This document shows, piece after piece, positions 38,000 to 51,100 of a stretch of DNA of 64,000 nucleotides. This DNA comes from Pocillopora damicornis (Eukaryota). The notes below the pieces were generated by a model. It was given only the letters and a program-made list of their open reading frames with translations, did not search any database and was not told where the DNA came from. The stretch lies in contig NW_020845906.1 of assembly GCF_003704095.1 (NCBI RefSeq), positions 1-64,000 of the forward strand, in the 5' to 3' direction. Position 1 is the stretch's first letter; each line of letters opens with the position of its first letter. The position numbers were made by a program, and so were the translations under genes.

Positions 38000-38939
38000 A
38001 TCCAGGTTTGTTTCTGAATACGACCGCAAGGTGACCGCAAACGCCAAGGAGTCACGCGACCAGACTCCAGCGGTCACATTTGCCGTCCACGTTTGAACTT
38101 CGAGCTAGGAAGTTACAGGTAATTGAGCTTCCTCGACGCTTTTTGTCTTCCTGGTCTAAAGTTCTCACATGTGTCCTATAATTATGGGTGAAGTGAGGTC
38201 TTTTCTTTATAACCATTCCGTTTGGGACTCTAGAAAGCCAATTTTTTAGCCTTATTTTGTGTTTGAAATAAAGGACCTCTATCCTTTGTGCAATTCAAGA
38301 TGGCGCGCACATGTTAATTTTTTCCAAGTGAAATCCGACGTCGATCTGAAAAGCTAAAAGTCTTGAAACTGTGTAAGTGGCCACAGTGGCATGATCTGTG
38401 TCTGAGGAAGATTTCGGTTTGACTATCACTTCAGTATCAGTAGGAGAGGGTTGTGAAGAGAATTCCAGTGGAAAAGAGAGGAATTCAATTCCAGAACATG
38501 AAGAAGGTTTTCAAATAAGGAACAGTAGATGATCCATTAACCGTGCTTAATGAGAAACTGTCACCTTTTAAAACATATTTATATCGAGAGGCAACAATCA
38601 AAATAGTTTTAGATTAAATTGAACACCTTTTGGCAGATCAAGCAGAAGTGCAAGTTCGTGCAGGGGAAAGACATATTTCTCTGTGTGCACAACAAAAGAA
38701 TGGAATGACCTTAATACTACTCTAAAAACGGTATGGTCACTGGTAAAACTTAAATGTCATAAGTTTAAGAATATCTTTGAGAAACAGAAACAAATTGATA
38801 TTTAATTAATACTTAATATTTTTTAACAACAGTTTTATCCATGCATTTCTATATTAACATTTTGCTTAAATATCTTTCTCTTCCCGTCATTAGCTAATCT
38901 TCTGTGCCGGAATTCTCTGTTGGTTAAGTACACACATTT

Positions 38940-39500
38940 ACCATTTCACCGGGGATCCTTCTCCTCTAAACAGGCCTTTTGTGGTTGGCCCAGGTTATTC
39001 TCCCATCGCAAAGAAACTGGTTACCAAGATCAGGTTAGGGCAATTTGTTGGTATGGCCGACCTACTCGCGAAAAACTTTAAGGTCCAGGGAAACGGAGCC
39101 GCAAAAATATCTTGACGGCAAACCTTTGGTAAGTTCATCCAAGAAAAAGAAAAAGATCACCAACATTTTCAAATGGGTGGAGGCATTCATGGTCTACATG
39201 TGGATCTTCTGCTGTGCACATCCTTCTTGATGGCAGTACGTAGTACAAGGTCCTGATTCTGAACACCTCACGTCAGTTCCCAGGCAAAGCTCGGCTTCAC
39301 TACAACACTGCCATTCCAAAGGACACAGCTGCATTAGGCCTGGCAGACTGGTCTCGTATGAACCTCGACCATAAAATATCCGTACTTTGGCGCCACAGTC
39401 CCAGCCATCAACCCCTGACTTAGGCAGCTTGTAATCCAACTTCTGCAGACCGTGGAAAGATGGCTGGCCCTTTGGCCAACGCCCGTACCGTCACTGTTGC
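38940..39500 (+). mobile_element. DIRS/Ngaro-like retrotransposon gag (ORF1) fragment
   Basis: RPFVVGPGYSPIAKKLVTKIRLGQFV, ITNIFKWVEAFMVYMWIFCCAHPS and AALGLADWSRMNLD. Confidence 0.7.
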
Positions 39501-39519
39501 AAGAAATGTTCTCGTGGGA

Positions 39520-39905
39520 ACCTGTTATGGCCCGCCGGATAACTCTCAGTTTTTGGAAATTTTTAAACTGGGTTTGGAAAGAGTATCAGTAAAGGATAGG
39601 GAAACGTCAAGCAGGCAGCAGTCCCCTCAGTAACGGCGATCATGATCTTGTTTTGTGCGTTAGGAAAACAAACGCTTTGAAATATGCACCCAAAATAATT
39701 GAATGGAGAGACTACAGAAATAACTCGCCTACGGATTTCTGCGAAAGCTTAAGCCAAATCAACTGGGACCCTGTCAGGAACGCCCTCGACGTAAACAATG
39801 TCTTGGATTTCTTTAATGTCAATATCAAAGTGCAGTGCTATCGGCACGCCCCTTTGATCGAAAAGAAAGTCAGGGGTGTTAAATACCCATGGTTAGCACA
39901 GGTAA
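39520..39905 (+). mobile_element. LINE ORF2 fragment (endonuclease end and linker)
   Basis: YGPPDN, DHDLVLCVRK, RDYRN...INWD...HAPLIEKKVRGVKYPWL. Confidence 0.7.
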
Positions 39906-40460
39906 ACTTCACATTGTCTTGTTAACCAGAAAATACCTAGATGGTTCTGTATCACGTTACCTAAATAAAAAATTTTATTTCAATGCCTTTGTACACACAG
40001 TTTCGACTAGACGCTATAAAGACATTCGCATTCCGAAAGTCAAGAAGTTGGTCTTCCTTGCCATATTATGTCAAAGGAATCCTTCATTGAATTCTCAAGG
40101 GAGCAAACACTTTTTTCTTAATTAGATGATTAGTTTTATAGAAATTTATAATTAATTTATATTTTTATAATTATTATAATTTATATATTTCTTTGGTGGA
40201 TTTATGCTTCTTTTATATATTTTCGGCCGTGTGACAGTTCTTAGTGAATTTTTACCTTTTGGACCTTTCGTATTTTTACTTGTGTACTCTTATAACAAGA
40301 CCTCATTTGATACCAGTGCTTATTACACTGACGGGTTTTCATGCATAAATATTGTTATTATCATTTTTATCATTATTGTTATTTTTACTATTAACATTAA
40401 TACTATCATTATTATTATTTCTATGATTTATAGTTTACTATAGATATTGTACTAAATCTT

Positions 40461-41350
40461 GTGATGGAAAGGTCAATAGCTGTTAAGAAGTGGGAAGAGG
40501 ATCACTTGGTTGGAAATGCAGGCTGTGACAGGGTCATGAAATTAGACGGCATTAACTCGTTCAAAAGCGGCTCGGGAAAGCTCAGTATGAATTTCAAAAA
40601 ATCCTCAGTGAAAGCGAAAGATGGAAACCCAATGCATGGAAGAAATGGAAGACTAGCAAAGGCTGTGATAGAAAAACTGAAAAAGTATTATGGCGAGGCA
40701 ATTAGTAACAATGTAAAAAGAGAAGTTACAAACACTGAAGAGAGAGACCAAGCTGTGCAGTCTATGAAAACTGAGATTCTGGTTGGATTCTTCCACTGCT
40801 TGAAGCTGCCCTATGAAGAAAGGCACCAGTCTTGTCCAGCAAATTCATGGTGTAAACTGAAGAAAGGGCTTCCTTGCCCTAACAAGCCACACCATCTTGA
40901 CATGGAACATCTTGTCAAGATTTACGAAAGGGTCACAGATTCTGCCCTTCTTGACAGATGTTTGCCTGGTTATACTCAGAATGCTTATGAGCCCATCAAC
41001 CCCCCACGAATGGAACAAATGTCCCATACACAAGTGGCACGGAAAAAGGAGAGTGCAGTTGGCTGCTTCATCAGCTGCCTTACGTTTCAGTGGCAGTGCC
41101 TCCGCAAAAGCATGCTGTCATAAAGAAGGTTGGGCACCTCGTGAGTGACAGTGCCAAGATGGAAGCAAGGAGAAGGGATTCAGAGATAGTTAAACAGGCA
41201 GAGAAGTAAGTACAACATCAGCACAAGAAATACAGAGTTAACGGGAGAAAAGCTAAACAGCGCAATTAAGATCTGAGGATCCGTGGCGAGGGTGTGAAAT
41301 ATGCAGCTGGGGCTTTTAGGGAAATAGAACCTTGCAATGAACCCAAAAAG
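40461..41350 (+). mobile_element. Kolobok-type DDE transposase C-terminal remnant
   Basis: GRLAKAVIEKLKKYYGEAI, FFH..HQSCPANSWC, LLDRCLPGYTQNAYE, then after a frameshift WNKCP.HKWHG.RRVQLAA. Confidence 0.8.
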
Positions 41351-44029
41351 AAGAAAAAGACTAAGTAGACCAAGAAATAACTTTGGGCATATGTGTTTCA
41401 AAATTTTTCTCCCAACATACGGTATTTTTACGTTATTAAGCCAACTTGAACTCATATTTCCATACATTGTTTCCTTTCAATTACATTTCCTGCAAATTTG
41501 GATTTTTCGTGAAAATCTGGGTGCCCCCTCAAATTTGCTCATGATGTATTTCTGCAAACATCACCAAATTTGCCACAAATATATTTGAGACATCCCATAC
41601 TACAAACCTATTGAGCAAAATTCAGTTGACTGAAAAGTATCAGAGTTTTGAGGAGTTAATCTTTTCTTGGAATGAACTGGTTGCCATCGCAACATTAACG
41701 ACTGAAACCCGATTTCACTTGATAGGTTTGAAGTGCTTTTTAAGTAGATCCATGATGCTTAAAACTAGTTCAATTGGATGTATTTTGTGCTGTAAATTTG
41801 AGGGGGCCGAAGAAGGTTTAAAAATGATAGTCTTTGTACTTGTTACTTATTAACTCAGATTAAACAAATCTGCTCAACTTTACTTGTTGACTGGTACGTA
41901 GGTTCGTATACTTGCCTCCTAACTATGTTCAGCAGTTTACTAGAAATGGTTATGATCCAGCGACTTTTTTAGTTATGACCTACTCTATTGGTGGATTTCA
42001 ACCAGAGTTCCCCCTTAAGTACAGTTTTAACCTTAATTACCCATTAATTAAGATCATTTTAAAGTTATCATCAACCTTTCCTTATTCCACAAATATATTG
42101 CGATGTAGAGTAAACAAGCTCTATGAATTTCTTGTAGTAGCCATTCCTGCTTATTGCCTGCAAAATAATCCTCCAAACATCTGAAACAAACTACAACTAA
42201 TCCAAGGATATTATTTCTGACAATCAGTAAAACCAGAGAAATAAAACTCAAGTCAAATGTTAAGTCTGTCAACATTCTGGCTCTACCACTCAGCCAATGA
42301 AAAGCATTGTAAACATGAGAAAATCATTTTTTAAGCCACCAAATGGACCAGCCTCACCTATTCATAGAAGAAGCCATGGTCTCTAATTATCTTGGACCTG
42401 ATGCATATTAAATCAACAAATTTATTCCTCTCATCTCTCTGGTCAGTTGACTTTGCATACACATCAACAATCATCCAGGTTTTTCACACCATCTACTGCT
42501 TGATTCACACCACTATACCTTCCATGTATGAAACCAGTGATGGCATTAATCATTAATGTACTGTAGCTAGTTGATATCATTTATTAGTTAAAGGTGAAGT
42601 CACATGGGAGTGCATGAATCACCTGCTCATGGCCCCACCCTTTAAAAGATGACAAAGAAGGTCATACTCTGTAATCTCACAGACAAGGCCAACTAAGAAA
42701 ATTTCACAAGTAGTCATTTGCATTAGCTCTTCATATACACAACTGGGAACAAGCCAAAGCTATTGGTAGAGTTAACATTACCACAACATGTGGAGGAAAA
42801 CAAGACCATTACAGCTTAAAGATTCACCAGCCATGAATCAACAGGCCTTCAATAGCAGGAGAAAAGGACAAGAGAAAGGAAGACAGGTGTGCGGATAAAG
42901 AATCAAGCAATATTTTGTCTCATCTTCTTTCTTTCGTGTTTCTTTCCTTTTTTGGGAAAATTTGAAAGAATTTTTTTTGGAATGGATTGCCACATGAGGA
43001 CACAGCTAAAGTATGTGCATTGAAGAAAATAGAAAGATGTTTCCCCACAACTATCCACGAGTGATCCCAGGCAAAATGAATACCAAGCACCAATGAATGA
43101 GAATGCTCTAAATGACCAAGTGGAGTATTGTGCTCACTTTTAGGACATTTTATGACCACATAGTAAAAAAGCACAAGGTAGATTCAAGATGGCGATGAAA
43201 AACAAACATTCTGCATTAAATTTAGTCTTGTCTGATTCAGTAAAAAGCCAAAGAAGCTAGGTGAATCAAACAAATGGAAGGCTGAACAGCCATTAGTTAA
43301 AAACTGGTATAAGAGAAGGGAAAGAGACAGTTTCAACCTTCATGGAAGGTGCTATTTACTGTATTTATAAGTGCTAAGATGGGAAGATACACATTTAGCT
43401 GCCCAGTCTCAGTGGCAAAAACTCAAGAGTTTTGGCAATGTACACAGAACAGAAAAACCTGTTGATACACTGTATGTAACTATGCAAGTTTGTTGTCTTC
43501 CAAACCTGAAGGCTTAAGCTCCATCCTGCTTTTGGTTGATGTCTCTATGTCTCCTTGCACTGCAATGTGTAAAATAAATGCCATTTCTCAGCAATGAAAA
43601 TATTAAAAACAAGCCTTAAAATTAACATGGAGCAAACCACTTAAACAAACTCGCTCACTTTCGAAAATGTTGAAATGTCCATCAGTAAATGATGTAGGTA
43701 ATAATGCATGAACATTTTGTCCTGCCTATTGGGCAAGTAATATTCTAGTAGGGCTTAATGAAAACTGAAATGTAATAACACACTGAGCAACTGGATTTCA
43801 AAATTTTTTCTAGCCCTTTTGATACATATGTATACATTATTTCTTGTTCACATTGTTCATTTGATTCGTGTAATTTTCTTAATTTCATCTATATCTATTC
43901 TATACACATTATGTAACATATATATATATATATATATATAAATCTAAAAATTACACAAATCAATAAGACATAACTTTTCTCTGACTGAGTTTCACGCTTA
44001 TGTGATCATCAGACAGATGCCATAGTAAA

Positions 44030-44325
44030 AGTAAGTAAAGCCTTAACACGAGCTCAAGTGGCCCATGGGGCCAGTGCTTAACTCCGGTTTTCTTAGCATG
44101 AAGCAGCTAGGAGTATTGCTACTCCCCCCTGGATGGGATGCTAGTCCATTGCAGGGTTACCCCCAGCACATTTGCTGGTACCCATTTGTACACATGGATG
44201 AAGAGAAGCACTGTGAGAGTAAAGTGTCTTGCCTAAGAAAACAACACAATGACCTCGGCCAGGGCTCAAACCTGGACCACCTGATCTGGAGTCAAGTGCA
44301 ATAACCATGAGGCCACCACGCCCCC
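44030..44325 (-). repeat. Near full-length tRNA-derived SINE
   Basis: The minus strand begins GGGGCGTGGTGGCCTCATGGTTATTGCAC...GGTTTGAGCCC (A/B boxes), followed by a body and a TTTAC-type tail. Confidence 0.85.
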
Positions 44326-44939
44326 ACCAAGGATAGACTAAAATCAAGAATTATCTATATATATTTTTTATCTATGCTGATGTGATGTGTGCAGGCGTAT
44401 AAAAAATTGCTGTTGTATAGAAAGTGTGTTTGAAGCAGCAAATGATGTGAAATAATTTTATGCAACAAATGAAGAAGAGGTCATCAGTAATGCACATCAT
44501 ACAGCAATGTGACAGCTTTATCATCAGTCATACTAAAGGCTATAGACTGTGAACCCTTGAACAATATAAATAAATAACATTGCCACTATCTCAAACTCCA
44601 TGAATGGGAGGTTTGTGGTTCAAACTGTAACAAAATCTCATAAATGCAAAAATTTCTCCTTGATATAATTTTTCAAGACACAACCTCTTTCTTCACAGAA
44701 AACAACAAGCACACATTTTTCATGCCTAGTTTTTTAAGGTTATTTTCCCATTTCATACCTGATTTCCAAGTAACCATTCACCACCTCATGTGTATCTTGT
44801 TAAACAGCTAGTCAAATGGCAAAATGAACAGTTACTGCCTTGGTAGGACACTAATGGTCTTGAGGACTCAACCGCCATTAAATCTAAGCCTATGCCTCTT
44901 TCTGCAAGGATTGTGAGATAATCAAACATGTGCTTGTGT

Positions 44940-45603
44940 CACCATAGGCAGCCCAGGCTCCAGCTGTGAGATGATCATCTTGCATAATAGGAGTCATGGC
45001 AAAAATATAAGAGTTTGTATGAGAATATTTACAACCACTGTTTGGAATAAAACTTGAAAATACGGTCAATGTAGTGTCGTCATTCAGACATAGAGAGACT
45101 ATTCCTTCTTCATTGCCAAAGGCTAACTGAACTTTATTGATGAACACATTACACATATACAAGTATAAGAGTTTACTGACTTATAGTAATTTTACAGCAT
45201 GCAGGTATTTCCAGTACAGTAGGATTACTGCGAGTAGTACATTTACTGAATTAAGTACAAAGTGCTCACCTTAGAACCAATACTAAGGTTGTTGTCAATA
45301 ATTAAGATAGGTACATGTATAATCAATACACTGCAGTCAACAAAGCCATTCTAGCGAGTTATCCATTTCTGGGAAACTAAGAGATGGATAACTTGCTAAA
45401 ATGGCTTCTTTTCAACATAACAAGTGGTCACACAACAAGCAATACACTGTGGAAGTAAGGTGAGGTACTTTTATTGAGAATTTGACAGTACTTTTACTTC
45501 CTAAGAACTATCCTAAATATTCCCAAGAAAATTTATATTTTTGCCATGACTCTTATATTGCAAGATGATCATCTCATAGCTGGAGCCTGGACTGCCTGTG
45601 GTG
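44940..45603. mobile_element. ~660-bp MITE with ~90-bp TIRs
   Basis: CACCATAGGCAGCCCAGGCTCCAGCTGTGAGATGATCATCTTGCA.. is inverted at ..TGCAAGATGATCATCTCATAGCTGGAGCCTGGACTGCCTGTGGTG. The TSD is not resolved. Confidence 0.82.
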
Positions 45604-48114
45604 TCACCAAAAAAGATTGACAGCATACATAATCAACCCACTTTGCTCTGTAACTTTTAGTATTGATCTACATGTAACTTCTCCCAATATCTCCATACAT
45701 CATCCAGCAAGATATTTTCTTGATCAAACACCAAATTCTAGTAGCTAAGGGGAGAATTAACAATCAAATTTTGGGAGTTAACGATCTCCACTTTTATTAA
45801 CCCTGAGAGCAAAATAAGAAGTATTACAAAACAAAAAGCAAGCTAAAATAAGGTGGAAATAGCTTCTAATAGCTTCAAGCCTTCGAGGCCTAATCCTTTC
45901 CAACGTGAGTAACGCTACACGTATCTCTCTCTATCTCTCTATGTTCCTCGTCTTTAACAGGCCTTCACGCGACCCTTCATTGCTTTGAGATTAGTTCAAG
46001 CCCTGATAACAGTCTGCCGTACAGAGAAGGTATGATTCAGAGACGAAGAACGTGCTCACAACTTACAAATTTGATACACAATTAGTATGAGGTCAATTTC
46101 ACCTTGAGCTTATCAACTTTTCAGTCAAGTAATAATTCCGCAAGAGCAGCATGCCGTAAGTAAACAGTAAACTCACCATTTATCCGTAGAAGGTAACTGT
46201 GACTGACACAGGACAGAGTTAAAGAACAATTAAGAAAGCCGTATTTGTGGAAAGCTCACGCAAATGCGTGACGAAAAGTAACGATGCCAACAAGAACCAG
46301 AATGCAATGCGTCCTAACTAGTGGACGGTAGCACTTCCGGTATTCAGTTTCTTGTCAATCCATAACGCACGAGAGCTACATTTCCCTGGGCTCTCGGTGA
46401 CGGACGTTCTTCTGTCGTACCAGTCAAGAAAGCAACTTTTAAGGATTTGTTTCTTGGTATTTCTGCAAGGTAAGGGGCCTGAACTTATAATATTTCCTTT
46501 CATATTTTGACATCGGAGTAATGAATCAGGCCTAACCTTCTGAGGCAAGTTTAGTACCGTAGAACTATCAGGCGAAATTAACGAACGCTATAGCGGTACG
46601 GTGAACCAAAGTTCAAAATGTAGCATAATCAAGAAGTCCTCCTTCATTGGACCAATGACGCCAAGGAGTCGCATTTGACAACAAACAACTCTTCTCATAT
46701 TATAAAGCCAGAACGCTTCGGCCTCCGCGAAAAGTTACGCAGAGCTAGCCGATCTCCTGCTATCAAACTTAGCTGTGCTTCCGCTTTCATTTCTGTTCCA
46801 TCGCATCTCTGTGTTATCTAATGCTGTAACTATAATCTTTGAAATGCCTAAAAATCTATTACTGAAACGAGTGCAGTCTGCTTATCATTCAGTAACTATT
46901 TAAGAGTGTCGCTGAGGAGCCCGACGGCCTCTTGAATGCTGAGATGACTGAGAAGATCAATTTCTTCATAAATTCTTGTCAACGGACATCCCGGTTCACG
47001 GTTCGTTTAAGTGATTATCTCCCGAATCCCGTTCATCATAGCAATCCCACATCTCGCTCCCTACTTACTTTAAATTCCCGAATCCCGGCCTTTTAATAAA
47101 CCCAATCCCGGATCTCGAAAAACCTAGCTATTGGAGGCCCTCGGAATAGTACTGGGGAAAGAAATATTGGCGATTTACAACGCTAAATATTCCGAGATAT
47201 GAACATTTTACACATAACGGATCATTTGAATTTATTCACTCATGCTTGTGTGTCCGTTGTAGTTTCTGACATTCTCTGCCGTTTTAAGCTTGCTTTGGGC
47301 TTGCTTTGCTATCACTATTGTTCGGCCTGATATAGGAAGGAGTCTCATAAGACTCATATAACAGCTATAAGACTTATAAGTCTTATGAGTCTTTCATTAA
47401 TTTATATTTTACCTTTTCTCAAGACGTGAGCTTGGGACGCCTGTGGTACAACCTGAAAGCTTTTTCTCCTTCCAAAATCACGTATATTTTGTTTCCGGCT
47501 GGTTTGCAAGAAAAGCAGGTAACATTTGTTAAACTTTTCCTTGGGTGTACAAGCTTTCGCCTACTAATTCAAAATTTGGCGGGCTTTACATTCTTGCACA
47601 CGTTCAATGTTTTCTAAAGTTAAACAATTTGGTGCATTCAGCCAAAACATGGAATTGTCTAACTACGCTAAAAGAAAATTATGAATTGAATTCTCTTCAG
47701 GGACGGGTCATTATTTTTCGTCGGGGGTTGTCGGAGGATTTTGAGTTTCTCAATAAAATTTAATTGATCTTCCCACAAGACTCAGAAATACTCTTTAAGT
47801 CTCCTCTCATTCGAGCAGCTAATTGGCACGATTGATTAGCCTGACTCGTACATCGTGAGACAAACGATTAAAAGTTCATTTATCGAAAGAAAATTCAGTT
47901 TTTCATCCCGATTGCTTTTCTTAATGGTTAGAATGGCTAACAGTTTATTTTCAGCGTTGTATAAAAGGATTTGAGATATATAGACTTAATATTCATGCAT
48001 TTACAAAATTACAGTTTAGGATGACCCTCGCGGTACAAAAACTTAAAATTTTAAGATTAACTTAAAATGGCCTAAGTAATTCATGTCTTTTCCAGGAGTC
48101 TTCCCGATAGAAAC

Positions 48115-51100
48115 ATGGCCATAAGCTGGTTGAGGTGGTTTATTCGCGCGACCATCCTTTATGGTTCAGTCACATACCAAGAGGCAAATGGCAACAAAAC
48201 TCAATCACGTGATTGTCTTCACGTGGATCCAGCTGGTAACAAATACAATTTGACTTCCTTACGGAATACAGATGGAACTGCAAGGTGAGTTAAATACCAG
48301 AGAAGTATTTTACCATGATATCTGGGAATTGAATTAACCTAATGCTCACTGAAAGAAAAGTGTGATAAGAACCTTGGTGCCGCTTATTTGCTCTTGCAAC
48401 ATTTTCAGCTCATGTAAGCAAGTTGTTGAATATAAATACCACAGCGTTGTGTTAGATAGAGCTGGCCACCGATGAGGTGCATGGGTCACGGAAAAGATCA
48501 ATACTACTACAAGAAACGTAAACAGATTATATTTGAAAAATAACAAACGTGGGTCGTTAAATAGGACCATCAATATCTTGACTAAGAGACAAAGAAAAAT
48601 AATTGAATAAATGAACCACTTACCTTGACAGATGAATTGCGATTTCAGCAATCTTTACACATTCACGACACAGGTAAACTCAACGAGCTATTTCGAGATA
48701 ATTTGGTTTTATTAACTAAGTCGATAAAGAGTTTCTAAAGCTAACGTTGCGAGCATCTGCTGGTAAACGCTCGAAAAGTCAGCTTTAGAATCTCTCCACG
48801 GTAGCCAATTCACCTTATCAACTCAGTTGATACGCAGCACTAAAGTTTAATTAGAAACTTACCCCTTCATTCTCGACTTATTTCGATGCTCTTCTTTCGC
48901 GTTTGAAATGGCTTTGAGTGGCTAGAATATGTGCTCGTTCGTTTGTTGTTCGTTTGGTTTAATGCTTGGTCTTTTTTTTCCAACAAAAACTCTTTTAAGA
49001 ACACAGCAATTTTCTTAATAGATGAAATAATAATAATAAACTGAACAACTATTTCTCTTCATTAAAACCACGAGTAACGTAGAACTTAGAATTTAAACAA
49101 AACTTCCCTTGGAAGGATGATTTAAAAGAGTCGAAAAACCAAGATACAGATTGCAGATAGTTATGGTGTAAAATATTCTCACCATTAATCTTTGATGTAA
49201 ACGACAAATAGGCCGCTTGGCCGTGGATGCGGTGAATTGGAGGCCGCTAATTACGAACTATGCATTTTCAGTGTATGTCTGCGGGCTTACACGTGAAAAA
49301 ACAGCCGCAGAAATTGACAGATAATCAATCAGTGACTCACTGCGGTGTTATTCATTGCATCTCGACATAATCTTTGTTAGCTCTTAGTCCTTGTCTCTCT
49401 ATAATAGTTTTCTTCTAAGTTCTACAATCTGTAAGTTATTGGCAAGACAGCGAGTAGCACAATGTGCTTGACAGTCTCTGACAGTGCTCATGCAGCAATG
49501 TAACTGTTCTACCTTACTAACGCAACATTACTGATATAAAGCTATTTCTTAAGTTAGTTGTCAAAGACGCTCTGGTGACGCAACTTGTGACATTATTCAC
49601 CAATGATATGTATTACTATAAGTTCGGTCGTTGTAAACACGAGACGAGATATAATCGTTTTTTTTTCTGTTAGTCGTTTCTTTAACAGTTGACTGACTCG
49701 TGGCCAATCCCTATGGACCAAGGTGCTCCACCCCTCCCTTTTGACAATATACTAAACCTATTTCTTTGTGAATTAGGCTATTTGAAGGAGACTTATGAGC
49801 AATAAATTGGTCTTAAAATGCTGGAAATGGCCATTTTAGAGACTCAAATTTTCAACATTTTCTGGGGGAGCAAAACCCCAGACATTCTCAGAACGGTCGT
49901 ACCGACGGCGCTTGTTTGCCGTCATTTGATTAAAATACTGATACTGAAAACGTTCTTTTGGTAAATTCTAGGCAGCAGTAAAAAATCTTAATATTTTGTT
50001 TGTAGCCCTGAAATGAATTAAAACCCTGTGATCGCTGACCACAATAGCTCCTGACTTGGACGGTATCAGTTTTGCGATCTGAAATTTTATTTTGCACGAC
50101 TGGTTGTGTTGGTATAATTCCTTATCAATGCTATTGCAATAAATGCGCTGTCGCAGATTATCCAGAAAACCACCAAAATTACCTTGTCGAACTCTACCTT
50201 TATGGCATAACGCATTTACGAGTACGATTTCTAGTTTGGGCGCTGGCTAAATCTGACCGAAAATTTGTTTGTTAACCTACTTCTACAAAAGAGAATTTTT
50301 TCCTTTTGAATTTAACAGAATTGAGTGATCGAGTGTAACTAACTTAACCACTGCATCTATGATACGGAACCAGCCAATGTGTGCAGACAAGAGACAGTTA
50401 CATCATTAATGATTATTCTGTTGTTCCTGAAACAGATTTCATATAAAAACTAAAGATGGATGGACGTATAGCTTTAACCCCTGCGTGTCATTCAAGATAG
50501 GAAAGACAAGCAAGTTTAAAGAATGCCACTGGGATGTAGCGGTAAGTCTATTTCCCTTAGATACTGCTTCTCTGACCGGGTCCCATAAATTTGCGAACAT
50601 CGCTAGTGGTCCCCTGATGCACGAAGTTGCAACAGCAGTGGCCCAACCTCCTATAAAGAACCATCTTGCTTTGTTAACTGTTTCGCTCACATCATTCTAC
50701 TGATCATGCAGTACTAAGTATTATCGACCAGGTGCAAAAAGCTATTAAACACCATGATTACTCTTGCGGAATATTCCTAGACCTCAGCAAAGCATTTGAT
50801 ACTGTTAATCACAACATTCTACTTACAAAGCTTGAATACTATGGTATTAGAGGTGTTGTATAAGACTGGTTTAGCTCATATCTGAGGAACAGAACTCAAA
50901 TGGTATCACTTGGTTTAGTTATTTCTGTCATGCAAACAGGATTTTGTGGGGTGCCTCAAGGATCAGTACTGGGGCCACTCCTTTTTCTTAGTTATTTAAA
51001 GTGACTTTCACAATTGCTCAAAACTATTAGGTTTCACCTTTTTGCAAATGAAGCGAATTTATTTTTGAGTATAAGGACCTCAACATTCTTGAAAGTGAAA

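Noticed and set aside
40204-40443. Hydrophobic Ile-rich ORF
   Set aside because: Translation of an (ATT)n low-complexity retroelement tail.
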